64,000 bases of DNA from an uncultured Planctomycetaceae bacterium (lineage in GTDB: Bacteria; Planctomycetota; Planctomycetia; Pirellulales; PALSA-1355), in NCBI GenBank assembly GCA_964598535.1, contig CAZRCI010000016.1:42032-106031 (forward strand), written 5' to 3'. The translations under genes were made by a program, and so were the position numbers. Numbering within the stretch: the first letter of the stretch is position 1; each line of letters begins with the position of its first letter. The notes under the pieces are model-generated. The model was not told the DNA's origin and ran no database searches. It was given only the letters and a program-made list of their open reading frames with translations. Shown here piece after piece: positions 28,760-38,495 of the stretch.

Positions 28760-28937
28760 ACGGCTCACTGCCATAGAAGCCGCGCGTGATTGGACCCGCC
28801 AACCACATTAACAGGATCCCAACGGCCAGCGGACTCAACGGTCCGATCACCTGAGCCAGCATCATCGCCGCCGCTCCCAAGGCGAGCACCACCCCAAACG
28901 TCCGCACGAGCACATGGAACAATTCGGCGGAGCTCAT
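28749..28937 (-). CDS. Small (62-aa) two-helix membrane protein, hypothetical
   Basis: MSSAELFHVLVRTFGVVLALGAAAMMLAQVIGPLSPLAVGILLMWLAGPI, with GGGAAGG about 10 nt upstream of the Met at 28937. Its 3' end overlaps the ald stop by 11 nt (convergent). Confidence 0.4.
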   Translation of the reverse strand: MSSAELFHVLVRTFGVVLALGAAAMMLAQVIGPLSPLAVGILLMWLAGPITRGFYGSEPFRD

Positions 28938-29041
28938 TTCGATGCTACCTTCCCTAAGAGACATTCTGTTTGCCTGGCACGGGCCGGGGTGTGAGGCGCA
29001 TCCGAGCATGCCCCCACACCCCAATCGCCCTGGCGCATGGA

Positions 29042-30241
29042 TTATTTACTCGCCTTCTCTTGGGCGAGCCTAAGCTTGGCTTGCAGAGCTTCGTTCCGCG
29101 GCTGCTCCTTGACGAGTTGCTCCAGCAGCGGGAGTGCCTGCGCAAAATTTTCCTGTTCGAGATAAGCCTCGGCCAGCCCATATGTGCCCGCATTAGGGCC
29201 AGGGTTCTTCTCAAGCATGTGCTGCCAAACCTTGATCGCGCCGTCCAGGTCACCCTCGGCACGAAGCACGCGAGCAAGCCCGTTGAGCGCGCCGCCGGCG
29301 TTCGGATCGTGCTTGAGCGACGCCTCGAAATGCGGCTTGGCCGCCGCCGGATCGCCGCTGTTAAGCAGCGCCCAGCCCAGTCCGTTCTCGATATTCGGAT
29401 CGCCCGGCTTGGCCGCCAGGAGCTTTTCGAAAATCACACGGGCTTCGGCATTGCGGCCCTGGTTGAAAAGCCGCCAGGCCTGCATAAACTCTTCCTGCGA
29501 AGGCAGCGGTTCGGCGGGTTCGATCAGCGTTCGCAGTTCTGCCGGAAGCCGCTTGGCTTGAGCCGCGGCGAGCATCTGCCGGGCGGAGTCGTCGGCCTCG
29601 CCCGAGTCGACGACCTTCTTGGCCCAGCGTTCGGCATTCTTCCAGTCCTCTTCGAGCAGGTAGATCTTGGCCAATCCATACCAGGCGGCGGAGGCCGTCG
29701 GCGCGGCTTTCAGCAGGTGCTGCTTGGCGTCTTTATAATCGCGATTGAAAAGGGCGATTTGCCCCAAACCGTTCAGCGCCGCGGCATGCTTCGGTTCGAG
29801 CGCGAGCACGTTTTGGAATGCCTCGGCGGCCTCCTGACGGCGACCGGTGTTGAAGTTCGCCCACCCCAATCCATTCCAGGCGCTGGTATTCTTGGGCGAA
29901 AGCTTTACGGCCGCGGTGAACTTTTCGCGAGCGGCTTCGGGGTCACGCTGCCAAAGACTCCAGCCTTGGCGGGCAAGTTGCGCTGACGCGTCGGCGTCAG
30001 CCGGACGCGCCATTCCATTCCAGAGAACAAGAGCGAACACGAGACACAGGGTTGCGAGCATGGCTAGGCCTCCTAGGGCAATGAGGATTGATTTACGCCG
30101 CCGCTGGCGGCGCTCTTCCGATTGCAGCGAACGAACGAGCAAGTCGTCTCCCCGCTGCATCGCCAATTCCAACCGATCGTCCTCCGTGGCCGCGGCGGCG
30201 CTACGTCCGAGCCGCGACCCCTTGCTGTGCCATGCGCGCAT
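29042..30241 (-). CDS. Membrane-anchored tetratricopeptide-repeat protein
   Basis: Single TM segment ILIALGGLAMLATLCLVFALVLW after a charged N-terminus. This is followed by many TPR-like units (W..LGWA....G....A...F..AL...P). Confidence 0.8.
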   Translation of the reverse strand: MRAWHSKGSRLGRSAAAATEDDRLELAMQRGDDLLVRSLQSEERRQRRRKSILIALGGLAMLATLCLVFALVLWNGMARPADADASAQLARQGWSLWQRDPEAAREKFTAAVKLSPKNTSAWNGLGWANFNTGRRQEAAEAFQNVLALEPKHAAALNGLGQIALFNRDYKDAKQHLLKAAPTASAAWYGLAKIYLLEEDWKNAERWAKKVVDSGEADDSARQMLAAAQAKRLPAELRTLIEPAEPLPSQEEFMQAWRLFNQGRNAEARVIFEKLLAAKPGDPNIENGLGWALLNSGDPAAAKPHFEASLKHDPNAGGALNGLARVLRAEGDLDGAIKVWQHMLEKNPGPNAGTYGLAEAYLEQENFAQALPLLEQLVKEQPRNEALQAKLRLAQEKASK

Positions 30242-30310
30242 AAGGGCACCCGTCTACAAAAACTAAAGGCTCGCGAACGAATTCGAGTGAATCACTCAGA
30301 GCACGTTGAA

Positions 30311-30682
30311 TCAGATCCGCTTGATAAGCCGCGCGGCTTCCTCGGCATTCGCCCGACCCGGCTCGACGGCGTCGAGCAGGCTGCCGCGCACCCGTTGGGT
30401 CTTGGCAATCTCGCCACGGATGGCTTCGATCACCTTGTCGAGTCGCGACCGCACGGTCGGGTACGAAACGCCGACCTGCTCCGCGATTTCCTTGAGATTG
30501 CCGCTGGCCAACACGAACATCTCGACGAAACGCTGATGCTCGATCGGAAGCCCCGCCAGCCGTGACATCGCGAAGGCCCCGTGGACAGAAACCAGACAAG
30601 CGTCACACGTCATCTCGGAGACGTGCATCGCCTGGCCGCAGTAGGGACAGTCGTTGCCGACGGGGCGAGGAGTCGCGCTCAT
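30311..30682 (-). CDS. DUF2089 family zinc-ribbon + HTH protein
   Basis: The track ORF extends to 30817 through the AT-rich spacer. Met at 30682 gives MSATPRPVGNDCPYCGQAMHVSEMTCDACLVSVHG... and GNLKEIAEQVGVSYPTVRSRLDKVIEAI. Confidence 0.75.
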   Translation of the reverse strand: MSATPRPVGNDCPYCGQAMHVSEMTCDACLVSVHGAFAMSRLAGLPIEHQRFVEMFVLASGNLKEIAEQVGVSYPTVRSRLDKVIEAIRGEIAKTQRVRGSLLDAVEPGRANAEEAARLIKRI

Positions 30683-30737
30683 ATAAAAATCAAGCTCCGC
30701 TGGGCAGCAGATTCTCATTCGTGAATTTCTTGTACCA

Positions 30738-30762
30738 CATATATCAACAAAATCAATATATG
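30738..30762. promoter_or_regulatory. Inverted repeat CATATAT-N11-ATATATG inside an AT-rich island upstream of the DUF2089 gene
   Basis: Read directly from the sequence. The surrounding 30683-30800 is about one-third G+C by hand count, in an otherwise GC-rich window. Confidence 0.25.
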
Positions 30763-31337
30763 GAGCACAAAAACTCAAAAATAAAACAATCCAGCATGCC
30801 GCAAGCCCACCAAGCACACCCTACGGGGGGTGTCGCGCCGCGATCCGCTGTACGCCCAGGAAGGCCTACGACGAACGGCCCAGCGTCAGCAAAACCAGCA
30901 AACCGCTGATGGCCGTTCCGATTAACAGCAAGAGTTCGTCAAAGTTTTGCATCAGGAGAGGACTCCGTGGGGAAGGACTGGGGCGGAGAGGGCGGGCATT
31001 CGGATCACGCAACCTTAGGTCGCAGGACGGGCGGCGGAATAAATCCCGCCGTAGCAAACGAATATGAAGGTCTCGTTGTAGTGGTTTTACCACCGCAAAA
31101 AGGGCTCCAGATCGGGAGTGTTTGCTTGATTTTCCGCGTCAGGACAAATAGGCTGAATCTCTGGTCAGGTCGTGGCGTTCCCTTGGCGAACCGTGCGCGA
31201 TTTGGTCAGCCATTTCTCGCTGCTGCTTCCCAGGTCTTCCCTCGTCAGCGGTTTGTCGGCTCGGGACACCGCTGATAAGCGATACACCTTGGTTTAGCGA
31301 CGCAGCAACCGGAACAACAGAAATCTCGGAACCAGCG

Positions 31338-32330
31338 ATGTTCAGGCCACTTCGTTCGAGCGTCCCACGAACGGGAATCCTCCTTGCCACCGTTGCCCTG
31401 CTGTTTTCATCTGCGCCGGTCGTACAGGCCGGAACGCTGGTGACCATTAGCACTAATATGGGCAACATTCAGGTCGATCTGTTCAATGATGCCGTGCCGG
31501 GAACGGTGCAAAACTTCTTGAATTACCTGGGAGCAGGCACGTACACGGACACCATCATCCACCGCTCACCGCCCAACTTCGTCATCCAGGGCGGCGGGTT
31601 TAAAAAGGACTTCAGCGCCGTTACGACCAACGCGCCGATTCCGCTGGAGTACCAGTTCAAGAACGCTCGCGGCACGATCGCAATGGCCCGAACGGGCAAT
31701 CCCAATTCCGCGACGAGCCAGTGGTTCATCAATGCCGTCGATAACTCCAGCTCTTTGGGGCCGGGCGGCGCCGACCAATATGGCTACACGGTGTTCGGCT
31801 GGGTCGTAGGCGGCATGAACGTCGTCGACGCGATTAACGATTTGCCGATCTTCAACGCCGGCGCCCCGTTCGGCGAGCTGCCACTCAAGGACTACACCTC
31901 GCCGAATCAAGTGACCGACGCGAACAAGGTCATTATCAACAGCATCAGCATTGCCGAGCAGCATCCATCGTTTCAAAACCCGGTGCTCTCGGGCGACGTC
32001 AACAACGACGGAAATGTGAACAGCCAAGACGCGCTGATGATCATCAACGATCTGCTGTACGTCAAGGACGCGCACAGCGCCTCGGCCTCATACCTCACGG
32101 ACCGGTACATCTACTTCGATCCGAACGGCGATGGACGCGTAAACTCGAAAGATCTGCTGTACGTGTTCAACGAGATCCGGGCCAAGCACGGCGTTACCCC
32201 CTTGGCGGCTCCCATGACTGCGATGTCTTTGGCCGCCGTGCCCGAGCCGGCGACCTGGAGTCTCTTGCTTTCGGCCCTGGCCGCCGTGGGCGTGGTCGGC
32301 TGGCGCCGCCGCTCACGCCGCTGCCGTTAG
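31338..32330 (+). CDS. Cyclophilin-type peptidyl-prolyl isomerase fused to a dockerin-like module and a PEP-CTERM anchor
   Basis: Signal peptide. Cyclophilin core HRSPPNFVIQGGGF ... MARTGNPNSATSQWFIN. Ca-loop repeats DVNNDGNVNSQD and DPNGDGRVNSKD. C-terminal VPEPATWSLLLSALAAVGVVGWRRRSRR. Confidence 0.85.
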   Translation: MFRPLRSSVPRTGILLATVALLFSSAPVVQAGTLVTISTNMGNIQVDLFNDAVPGTVQNFLNYLGAGTYTDTIIHRSPPNFVIQGGGFKKDFSAVTTNAPIPLEYQFKNARGTIAMARTGNPNSATSQWFINAVDNSSSLGPGGADQYGYTVFGWVVGGMNVVDAINDLPIFNAGAPFGELPLKDYTSPNQVTDANKVIINSISIAEQHPSFQNPVLSGDVNNDGNVNSQDALMIINDLLYVKDAHSASASYLTDRYIYFDPNGDGRVNSKDLLYVFNEIRAKHGVTPLAAPMTAMSLAAVPEPATWSLLLSALAAVGVVGWRRRSRRCR

Positions 32331-32547
32331 AATTCCTGCCGCATCGGGCAATATCACGCCTGGGCTGCCGCGTCGCGCAGGCGATTTTCTCGCGTTTGAA
32401 TGCGCCGTTTCAAGCGGCTACCCGCTGGCAGTCGGCTGGTGCTCGTTGCATAATGGTCGCTCGCGTTCGATTGCCACGCAATCCGCCGCCGGTTTTACTC
32501 CGACCGGCGGTCAAGCCGACTGACCTGCACCCGAGGATCCCTCCGCC

Positions 32548-33237
32548 ATGAAACATCTGCTGTCGCTCGTCGCTGTCGCTTGTCTCGTCGCTCCGCCATG
32601 GGCAGTGGCCGCGGACAATACCCCACCCGAGGGCTTTACCACCCTGTTCAACGGCCAGGACCTGACGGGCTGGAAGGGGCTAGTCGGCAATCCCGTAACG
32701 CGGGCAAAAATGAGCGGCGAGGAATTGGCCAAGGCACAGGCCGAGGCCGACCAACGGATGCGCGATCACTGGCGAGTCGAAGATGGCGTGCTGATCTTCG
32801 ACGGCCAGGGAGATAGCCTGTGCACGGCCGAAGACTACGGCGATATCGAGATGTACGTCGACTGGAAGATCGAGCCGAAGGGCGACAGCGGCATCTATCT
32901 GCGTGGCGCCCCCCAGGTCTCGATCTGGGATCCCGCGGTCTCGGCGCCCGAGCCCGGCATCGGTTCCGGCGGCCTGTTCAACAACCAGAAGCACCCCTCG
33001 CGGCCGCTCGCGCTTGCCGACAAACCGATTGGCGAGTGGAATACCTTCCGTATCAAGATGGTTGGCGACAAGGTAACGGTCTGGCTGAACGACAAGTTGG
33101 TGACCGACGACGTCGTGCTCGAGAACTACTGGGAACGCGACAAGCCGCTTTATGCCACGGGGCAGATCGAGCTGCAAAATCACGGCAATACGCTGTACTT
33201 CAAGAACATCTATCTGAAGAAGCTCTCCAGCCAGTAA
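32548..33237 (+). CDS. DUF1080 (3-keto-disaccharide hydrolase-like) exported protein
   Basis: FTTLFNGQDLTGWKG ... WNTFRIKMVGDKVTVWLNDKLV ... IELQNHGNTLYFKNIYLKKL. Confidence 0.85.
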   Translation: MKHLLSLVAVACLVAPPWAVAADNTPPEGFTTLFNGQDLTGWKGLVGNPVTRAKMSGEELAKAQAEADQRMRDHWRVEDGVLIFDGQGDSLCTAEDYGDIEMYVDWKIEPKGDSGIYLRGAPQVSIWDPAVSAPEPGIGSGGLFNNQKHPSRPLALADKPIGEWNTFRIKMVGDKVTVWLNDKLVTDDVVLENYWERDKPLYATGQIELQNHGNTLYFKNIYLKKLSSQ

Positions 33238-33253
33238 CGTGCAGCCCGGCTCG

Positions 33254-35944
33254 TCAAACGCCGAGCTTCTTGCGCATTGCTTTGGTGAGCGATTGGCGCA
33301 CCTCGGCGATCCCCTCCCAGGGGTCGCTTTTGAGTTCGGCCAGACGTTGCGGCATGTTTGCCAGCGTAAACTGAGCCGCCGAACGCACCTGGCCCAGCTC
33401 CTCCCAAGAGATGGGTGTGGCGACGGGGCAGCCGACGCGTGCGCGCGTGGAGTACGCGGCGATCGATGTCGCTCCGCGGCTGTTGCGCAGGTAATCGATG
33501 TACACCTTTCCGCTCCGGGCCGACTTCGACTGGCTGGTTGTATAACGGCCGGGGTCGGCCGCTACGATCGCGTGGGCAACCTCGCCGCAGAACTGCTTGA
33601 CCTCCGCCCAATCGGTGCGGCGATCGATCGGCGTCACCAGATGCAGCCCCTTGCCGCCGGTCGTCTTGAGAAAGGTGACCAGGCCCAAGCCACGAAAAAA
33701 TTCGCGAATTTGCCGGGCGCTTTCCACCACGCGTTTCCAGGGAAGTTCTTCGTCCGGATCGAGATCGAACACCAGCCGGTCGGGGCGTTCGACGTTGTCG
33801 GTTCGTGCTCCCCAGATGTGAAACTCGAGCGTGTTCATCTGCACCAGCGAGAGCAGCCCTTCCAAATCGCGCACGACCGCATAATCGATCCGCTTGCTTT
33901 TCTCGGCAATCGAGATGCGCGACAGTGCGGCGGGCATCCCTTTGCCCGCATGCTTCTGATAGAAACATGCGCCGTCGATCCCGTCAGGACAGCGCACGAG
34001 CGTAAGCGGCCGATCGACGAGTTGAGGCAGCATCCACTCAGACACGCCGGCGTAGTAACCGGCCAACTGGGCTTTGGTAATTCCGTCCGCGGACCAGAGA
34101 ACTTTATCGGGATGCGTAAGACGCACGGAATCCGGAAGCGTTGCCATGTCGACACCCGCCGCATGCGTACTTCGGTTTTTTGAACCGTCACGATTCGCCC
34201 GCGTCGGCCGAGCCTTCTTGAGTGCCGCGGGACGCTCGCGCGTGACTTCAGGAGCGGACTTATCCTCACGCAGGCCCAGATAGGCCGGATGCCGTAAGTG
34301 ACCATCGCGCGTCCACTCACCAAATGCAACCTGCGCGACGAGCGTGGGTTTCACCCAGTGGACGCCGCGAGCCTGCCCGGTGTGCCCTTTCAAATCGACA
34401 AAGGGAGACTGGCTTTGCTCCAGCCCGACCAGTCGCTGGTGCAACTCCACGAGCGTCCGTTCACTGAAGCCCGTGCCAACGCGGCCTGCATAACGCAGCG
34501 TTCGGGCTTCGTCGTAATAGCCGAGCAACAGGGCGCCAAAACCGGTGCGCGAGCCTGCTGGCTGCGTGAACCCGCCAATCACGAACTCTTCGCGGTGCGC
34601 ACATTTGACTTTCACCCAATCGGCGCCGCGTCCGGGTCGATAGGGCTGATCGCGGCGTTTGCAGACAATCCCCTCGAGCCCTCGCTTGCAACTCTCGGCA
34701 AAGAATGCGGGCCCTTGACCAACGATATAGCCGGCATCGCAAATCGGCCCTTGGCGACCGGCCACAACCGTTGCCAAAAGCTGCTTGCGCTGATCGAGCG
34801 GCAGCTTTGCCAGGTTGTAGCCGTCGACGTAGAGCAAGTCGAACGCATAGTAAATGAGCTTGTCGGTCCGACGTTCGGAAATCGCGCTTTGCAGATTTTG
34901 AAAGTTAGAACTGCCGTTCGACGCCGGCGCGACGACCTCGCCATCGAGTATCGCCGAGAGGACGTCCAGCCCGCGAGCGGCCTGCACGAGATGTGGCACC
35001 CGCGCGGTCCAATCCAAGCCATTGCGGCTCCGAAACGTGACCTTCCCCTTGTCGATATGACAGATCATGCGATAACCGTCGAACTTGATCTCGTTCAACC
35101 AGCCGTCATCCGCCGGAGCCGCTTTGACGAGCGTGGCGAGCTGCGGTTTGATCTTGGTGGGCAAGGACGTTTTCTTGGCCGCAGAGAGCTTCGCGAGCGT
35201 GGCCCTGCGCGATCTGGCGCCGAAGCCGGCAACGCGGCTGGCGGCTGGGGCGAGCAGCTTTTCCATCGAATTCGGACCGCGGCGTAATGCCCTGAGGCCG
35301 GACGAGTCGCCTTGCTGCCCGGGCTTGCCAGCGGCGATTTCCTCCATCGTGCGGCCGGTCGTAGCGCTATCGGGCTCGCGCTGCAAGATCCCGCTGCCGT
35401 CGCCGACAATGGCTGCGTCGTCGCGAATCTTGAACAGAAACCAGGGTTGTTTTCCGACCTCGCCGGAGCCGCTACTGCCTCGCTTCACGAGTACCCACTC
35501 GCCGCGGAGCTTAGCGCCATGCAACGTGAAGTGCAACTTTCCCCGACGGTAAGCCGCCACCGGATCCTCATCCATCGACCAAGTGCCGCGGTCCCAGAGC
35601 ATCACCGTGCCACCACCGTACTCGCCTGGCGGAATCGTGCCTTCGAACGAGCCGTACTCGAACGGATGGTCTTCGACGTGAATCGCCAGGCGTTTGATGC
35701 CGGGATCGAGGCTGGGGCCCTTGGGCAACGCCCAGCTCTTCAGCACACCTTCAATCTCCAGGCGGAAGTCATAGTGCAACTGACTGGCCGCGTGTTTCTG
35801 GATGCAAAACGACCAACCGCGGCTCGTGGGCTTCCTTCCACGCGGTTCGACGGTTTTCTTGAAGTCTCGCTTCTGGCGGTAACGTGTAAGAGACATCAGC
35901 CCACGCCTGCTCGCGCCCGATCGAGCGGTGATTGTCCGAGTCAC
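33254..35944 (-). CDS. ligD: Three-domain DNA ligase D (phosphoesterase - ligase - primase/polymerase)
   Basis: N-terminal YRQKRDFKKTVEPRG ... HYDFRLE, central adenylation site EIKFDGYRM, and a C-terminal polymerase region (HPDKVLWSADGITKAQLAGYY). Alternative start Met at 35896. Confidence 0.9.
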   Translation of the reverse strand: MTRTITARSGASRRGLMSLTRYRQKRDFKKTVEPRGRKPTSRGWSFCIQKHAASQLHYDFRLEIEGVLKSWALPKGPSLDPGIKRLAIHVEDHPFEYGSFEGTIPPGEYGGGTVMLWDRGTWSMDEDPVAAYRRGKLHFTLHGAKLRGEWVLVKRGSSGSGEVGKQPWFLFKIRDDAAIVGDGSGILQREPDSATTGRTMEEIAAGKPGQQGDSSGLRALRRGPNSMEKLLAPAASRVAGFGARSRRATLAKLSAAKKTSLPTKIKPQLATLVKAAPADDGWLNEIKFDGYRMICHIDKGKVTFRSRNGLDWTARVPHLVQAARGLDVLSAILDGEVVAPASNGSSNFQNLQSAISERRTDKLIYYAFDLLYVDGYNLAKLPLDQRKQLLATVVAGRQGPICDAGYIVGQGPAFFAESCKRGLEGIVCKRRDQPYRPGRGADWVKVKCAHREEFVIGGFTQPAGSRTGFGALLLGYYDEARTLRYAGRVGTGFSERTLVELHQRLVGLEQSQSPFVDLKGHTGQARGVHWVKPTLVAQVAFGEWTRDGHLRHPAYLGLREDKSAPEVTRERPAALKKARPTRANRDGSKNRSTHAAGVDMATLPDSVRLTHPDKVLWSADGITKAQLAGYYAGVSEWMLPQLVDRPLTLVRCPDGIDGACFYQKHAGKGMPAALSRISIAEKSKRIDYAVVRDLEGLLSLVQMNTLEFHIWGARTDNVERPDRLVFDLDPDEELPWKRVVESARQIREFFRGLGLVTFLKTTGGKGLHLVTPIDRRTDWAEVKQFCGEVAHAIVAADPGRYTTSQSKSARSGKVYIDYLRNSRGATSIAAYSTRARVGCPVATPISWEELGQVRSAAQFTLANMPQRLAELKSDPWEGIAEVRQSLTKAMRKKLGV

Positions 35945-35981
35945 TGTGGAAAAAAGCCGTTGCGCCAGATGAGGGCAAAAT

Positions 35982-37922
35982 TCATACCACGTGCGACGAT
36001 TCAGCTACAGGCGGTTGGCGCTGAGGAAGTTCGACCAGCATGCCCAGCAGCGAATCATCGAGGGGCTTACTCAGGCAAGCGTCGCAGCCAGCCACGCGGC
36101 TTTGCTCCAATTGCTCGGGTCGCGCGTCGGCCGTGAGCGCAACAACAAAGCCTCGGTAGCCGGCGCTCCGTAATTGTTCGGTGGCTGCAAAGCCGTCCAG
36201 ATAGGGCATTTGCACGTCCATCAGCACAACGTCGAACGGGTTGCCGGCCTGTTCGGCGGTGAGCGCGGCCAGCACCGCCCGTTCGCCACTATCGACCGTC
36301 CGCACATCAGCCCCATTCTTACCCAGAATGAACGACACAAGCTCGCGATTGTCGGCGCTGTCGTCGGCCACCAACACTCGGCGGCCTTGCAGGATCGCGG
36401 CGCGAGCGCCGTCGCAGGGGGCGCCTTGCGGCGTTTCATCGAGGTTCGCTTCCAAGCTCGTCGCGGCAATCGTCACGATGAATGTGCTGCCCCGCCCCGG
36501 CTCGCTCTCAACATCGATTTCGCCGCCCAGAAGGTTGGCCAATCGGCGACTGATCCAAAGTCCCAACCCACTACCGCCGTATAGCCGGCTGGTGGATTCG
36601 TCGCCCTGGGAAAACGGGCTGAACAACTTCTCGATCTGGCGCGGCGTCATCCCAATTCCCTGGTCGCGGACGCGTAGCTCCAACAGCGGCGTTTCGCGGA
36701 CAGCGACGCTAACGACGGCAATCTGCACTTCGCCGCGAGAACTGAACTTGATTGCATTGCTTACCAGGTTGAGCAAGATTTGCCGCAACCGCATCGGATC
36801 CGAATGGATTGACCGCGGCACCGATTCGTCGAATTCGACTTTCAACGCGAGTTGCTTGGCGTCGGCTCGGACCTGCATAAGCTGCACGACATCGTTCACG
36901 ATCTGCCGTGGCGAACAAGGCACCAGTTCGATATCGAGTTTGCCCGACTCGATCTTCGACAAGTCAAGAATATCGTCGACCAGTTTGAGCAGATATTCGC
37001 TGTTGCGCCGGATGGTCCTGGCGGCTTTGAGCTGCTCGGCCTCGGCGAGGCTACCGATCAATACGTCGGCATAGCCCAGGATCGCTGTCATCGGAGTGCG
37101 AATCTCGTGACTGACCGTGGCCACAAGGTTGCTCTTGGCCGCGTTGGCCTCGTCGGCCGCGGCACGGGCTTTTTGCAGCTCGCCGGCCTGGATGTGCAAT
37201 TCGTCGCGAATGCGTTCCAGCCGGCCGGTGTACTGCCGCAAGTTCTCGGTGCGCTGCCGAAATTCGATGTCGAGCCGATGATTCGCCTCTTCGAGTCTCG
37301 CTTGACTGATCGCGGAAAGCCAATTCTCACGCTCAGTTAGCCGAATCATCAGCACCAGCGCCGCCACTTCTAAAAGAACAAAAACCAAACGCTCCCATGC
37401 CTGAAACGCCGTGTCGCCGAGCGGTGACCAAAAACTGCCGTGTCCCAAATTGTGCAACAGCACGATCGACGCCGCCAAAACCAGTACCCGCCAGTCGCGG
37501 TAACACGCCAGAATCGCCAATGAACCAAAAACCGGAAAATGGCTTCCTATGTGGCCGCCCGTGAGTTGAAACAGCAGCGAGGCCCAAACCATCTGCGACG
37601 CCGCGACGATGTATCGCGTGGGGCGAGTGCCTGGCCAGCGCCATATGGCAACCAGCGGAATCAGTGTGGCCGGCGTTCCGGCAAATGTGATCCAACACAG
37701 CGGGTCGCCGCCCACGGAAAACACCGACCAGCCGGTATGTCGGAGCGTATCGGGCGAGATCCCAACGGCGGCCACGATGCCCACCAGCCATTGGAGCACG
37801 AACAACCAGGCAAACAGCCTATCGGTACGCCGGCCGATGGTTGCTGATTGCTGGTTGACGAGCTGGATAGCGCGCTCACGCGCGACGTCGTGCGTGCGAT
37901 TCAAGTCCGAAACGGCGGTCAC
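35982..37922 (-). CDS. Hybrid sensor histidine kinase / receiver with multi-pass membrane sensor region
   Basis: H-box SHEIRTPMTAILGYAD, ATPase GSGLGLWISRRL, receiver VLMDVQMPYLDG, and about 190 N-terminal hydrophobic residues. Confidence 0.9.
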   Translation of the reverse strand: MTAVSDLNRTHDVARERAIQLVNQQSATIGRRTDRLFAWLFVLQWLVGIVAAVGISPDTLRHTGWSVFSVGGDPLCWITFAGTPATLIPLVAIWRWPGTRPTRYIVAASQMVWASLLFQLTGGHIGSHFPVFGSLAILACYRDWRVLVLAASIVLLHNLGHGSFWSPLGDTAFQAWERLVFVLLEVAALVLMIRLTERENWLSAISQARLEEANHRLDIEFRQRTENLRQYTGRLERIRDELHIQAGELQKARAAADEANAAKSNLVATVSHEIRTPMTAILGYADVLIGSLAEAEQLKAARTIRRNSEYLLKLVDDILDLSKIESGKLDIELVPCSPRQIVNDVVQLMQVRADAKQLALKVEFDESVPRSIHSDPMRLRQILLNLVSNAIKFSSRGEVQIAVVSVAVRETPLLELRVRDQGIGMTPRQIEKLFSPFSQGDESTSRLYGGSGLGLWISRRLANLLGGEIDVESEPGRGSTFIVTIAATSLEANLDETPQGAPCDGARAAILQGRRVLVADDSADNRELVSFILGKNGADVRTVDSGERAVLAALTAEQAGNPFDVVLMDVQMPYLDGFAATEQLRSAGYRGFVVALTADARPEQLEQSRVAGCDACLSKPLDDSLLGMLVELPQRQPPVAESSHVV

Positions 37923-38495
37923 TTGTCGGTTCTCTCCAAACCCCGGCGAACTTCAAGGGCGCCGTTCACACAGGTTGGGAATGGTTCGCTAATAGTTGAA
38001 CGGCCACCCGATTCACTCGGGCAACGAGACTTGCCACCCTCTGCGCAAACGCGTTTGGCGCAAGTACGTAAACTAGTGCTCCAGTAGAGTTGCCCCAAAA
38101 ATAACGATCTGACGGAGCACAACCGTCCATACGGTCGCACGAGAACGGCCCGTCACGAAGCTCGCTCGCACTTCTACTAGCCTAGGTTGCAACCCGGCCC
38201 TGCAACCCCAATCTTCGGATACCCACATATGCGGGAATTCCGCCTATGACGATTACGCGGCGCGAAGCAAACCTAAGCAATGTCCGGTAGCGAAGTCGCA
38301 AAACGGGAAGCCTGGCTCTTTATCTCTGAAAGCGCGTCTCATCTCCTTTCGATGAGCTTGTGTTCGCCGGAAGTCGCGGGCGGGCGATTTTGACACACAG
38401 TGCCCCGCGAACTAGCGTTGCTCAACCGGTTTTCGATCATCCCTGGCCGCTGCCCACTCTCCGGGCGGTGCTTGCTCATAACACGGAATGTGCCG

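Noticed and set aside
30866-31093. 75-aa minus-strand ORF in the spacer upstream of the DUF2089 gene
   Set aside because: The full ORF is Arg/Leu-rich with no SD. Only its last 28 codons (30866-30952, hydrophobic peptide after GGAG) look plausible, and that is too weak to call as a feature. It is mentioned under the DUF2089 finding.
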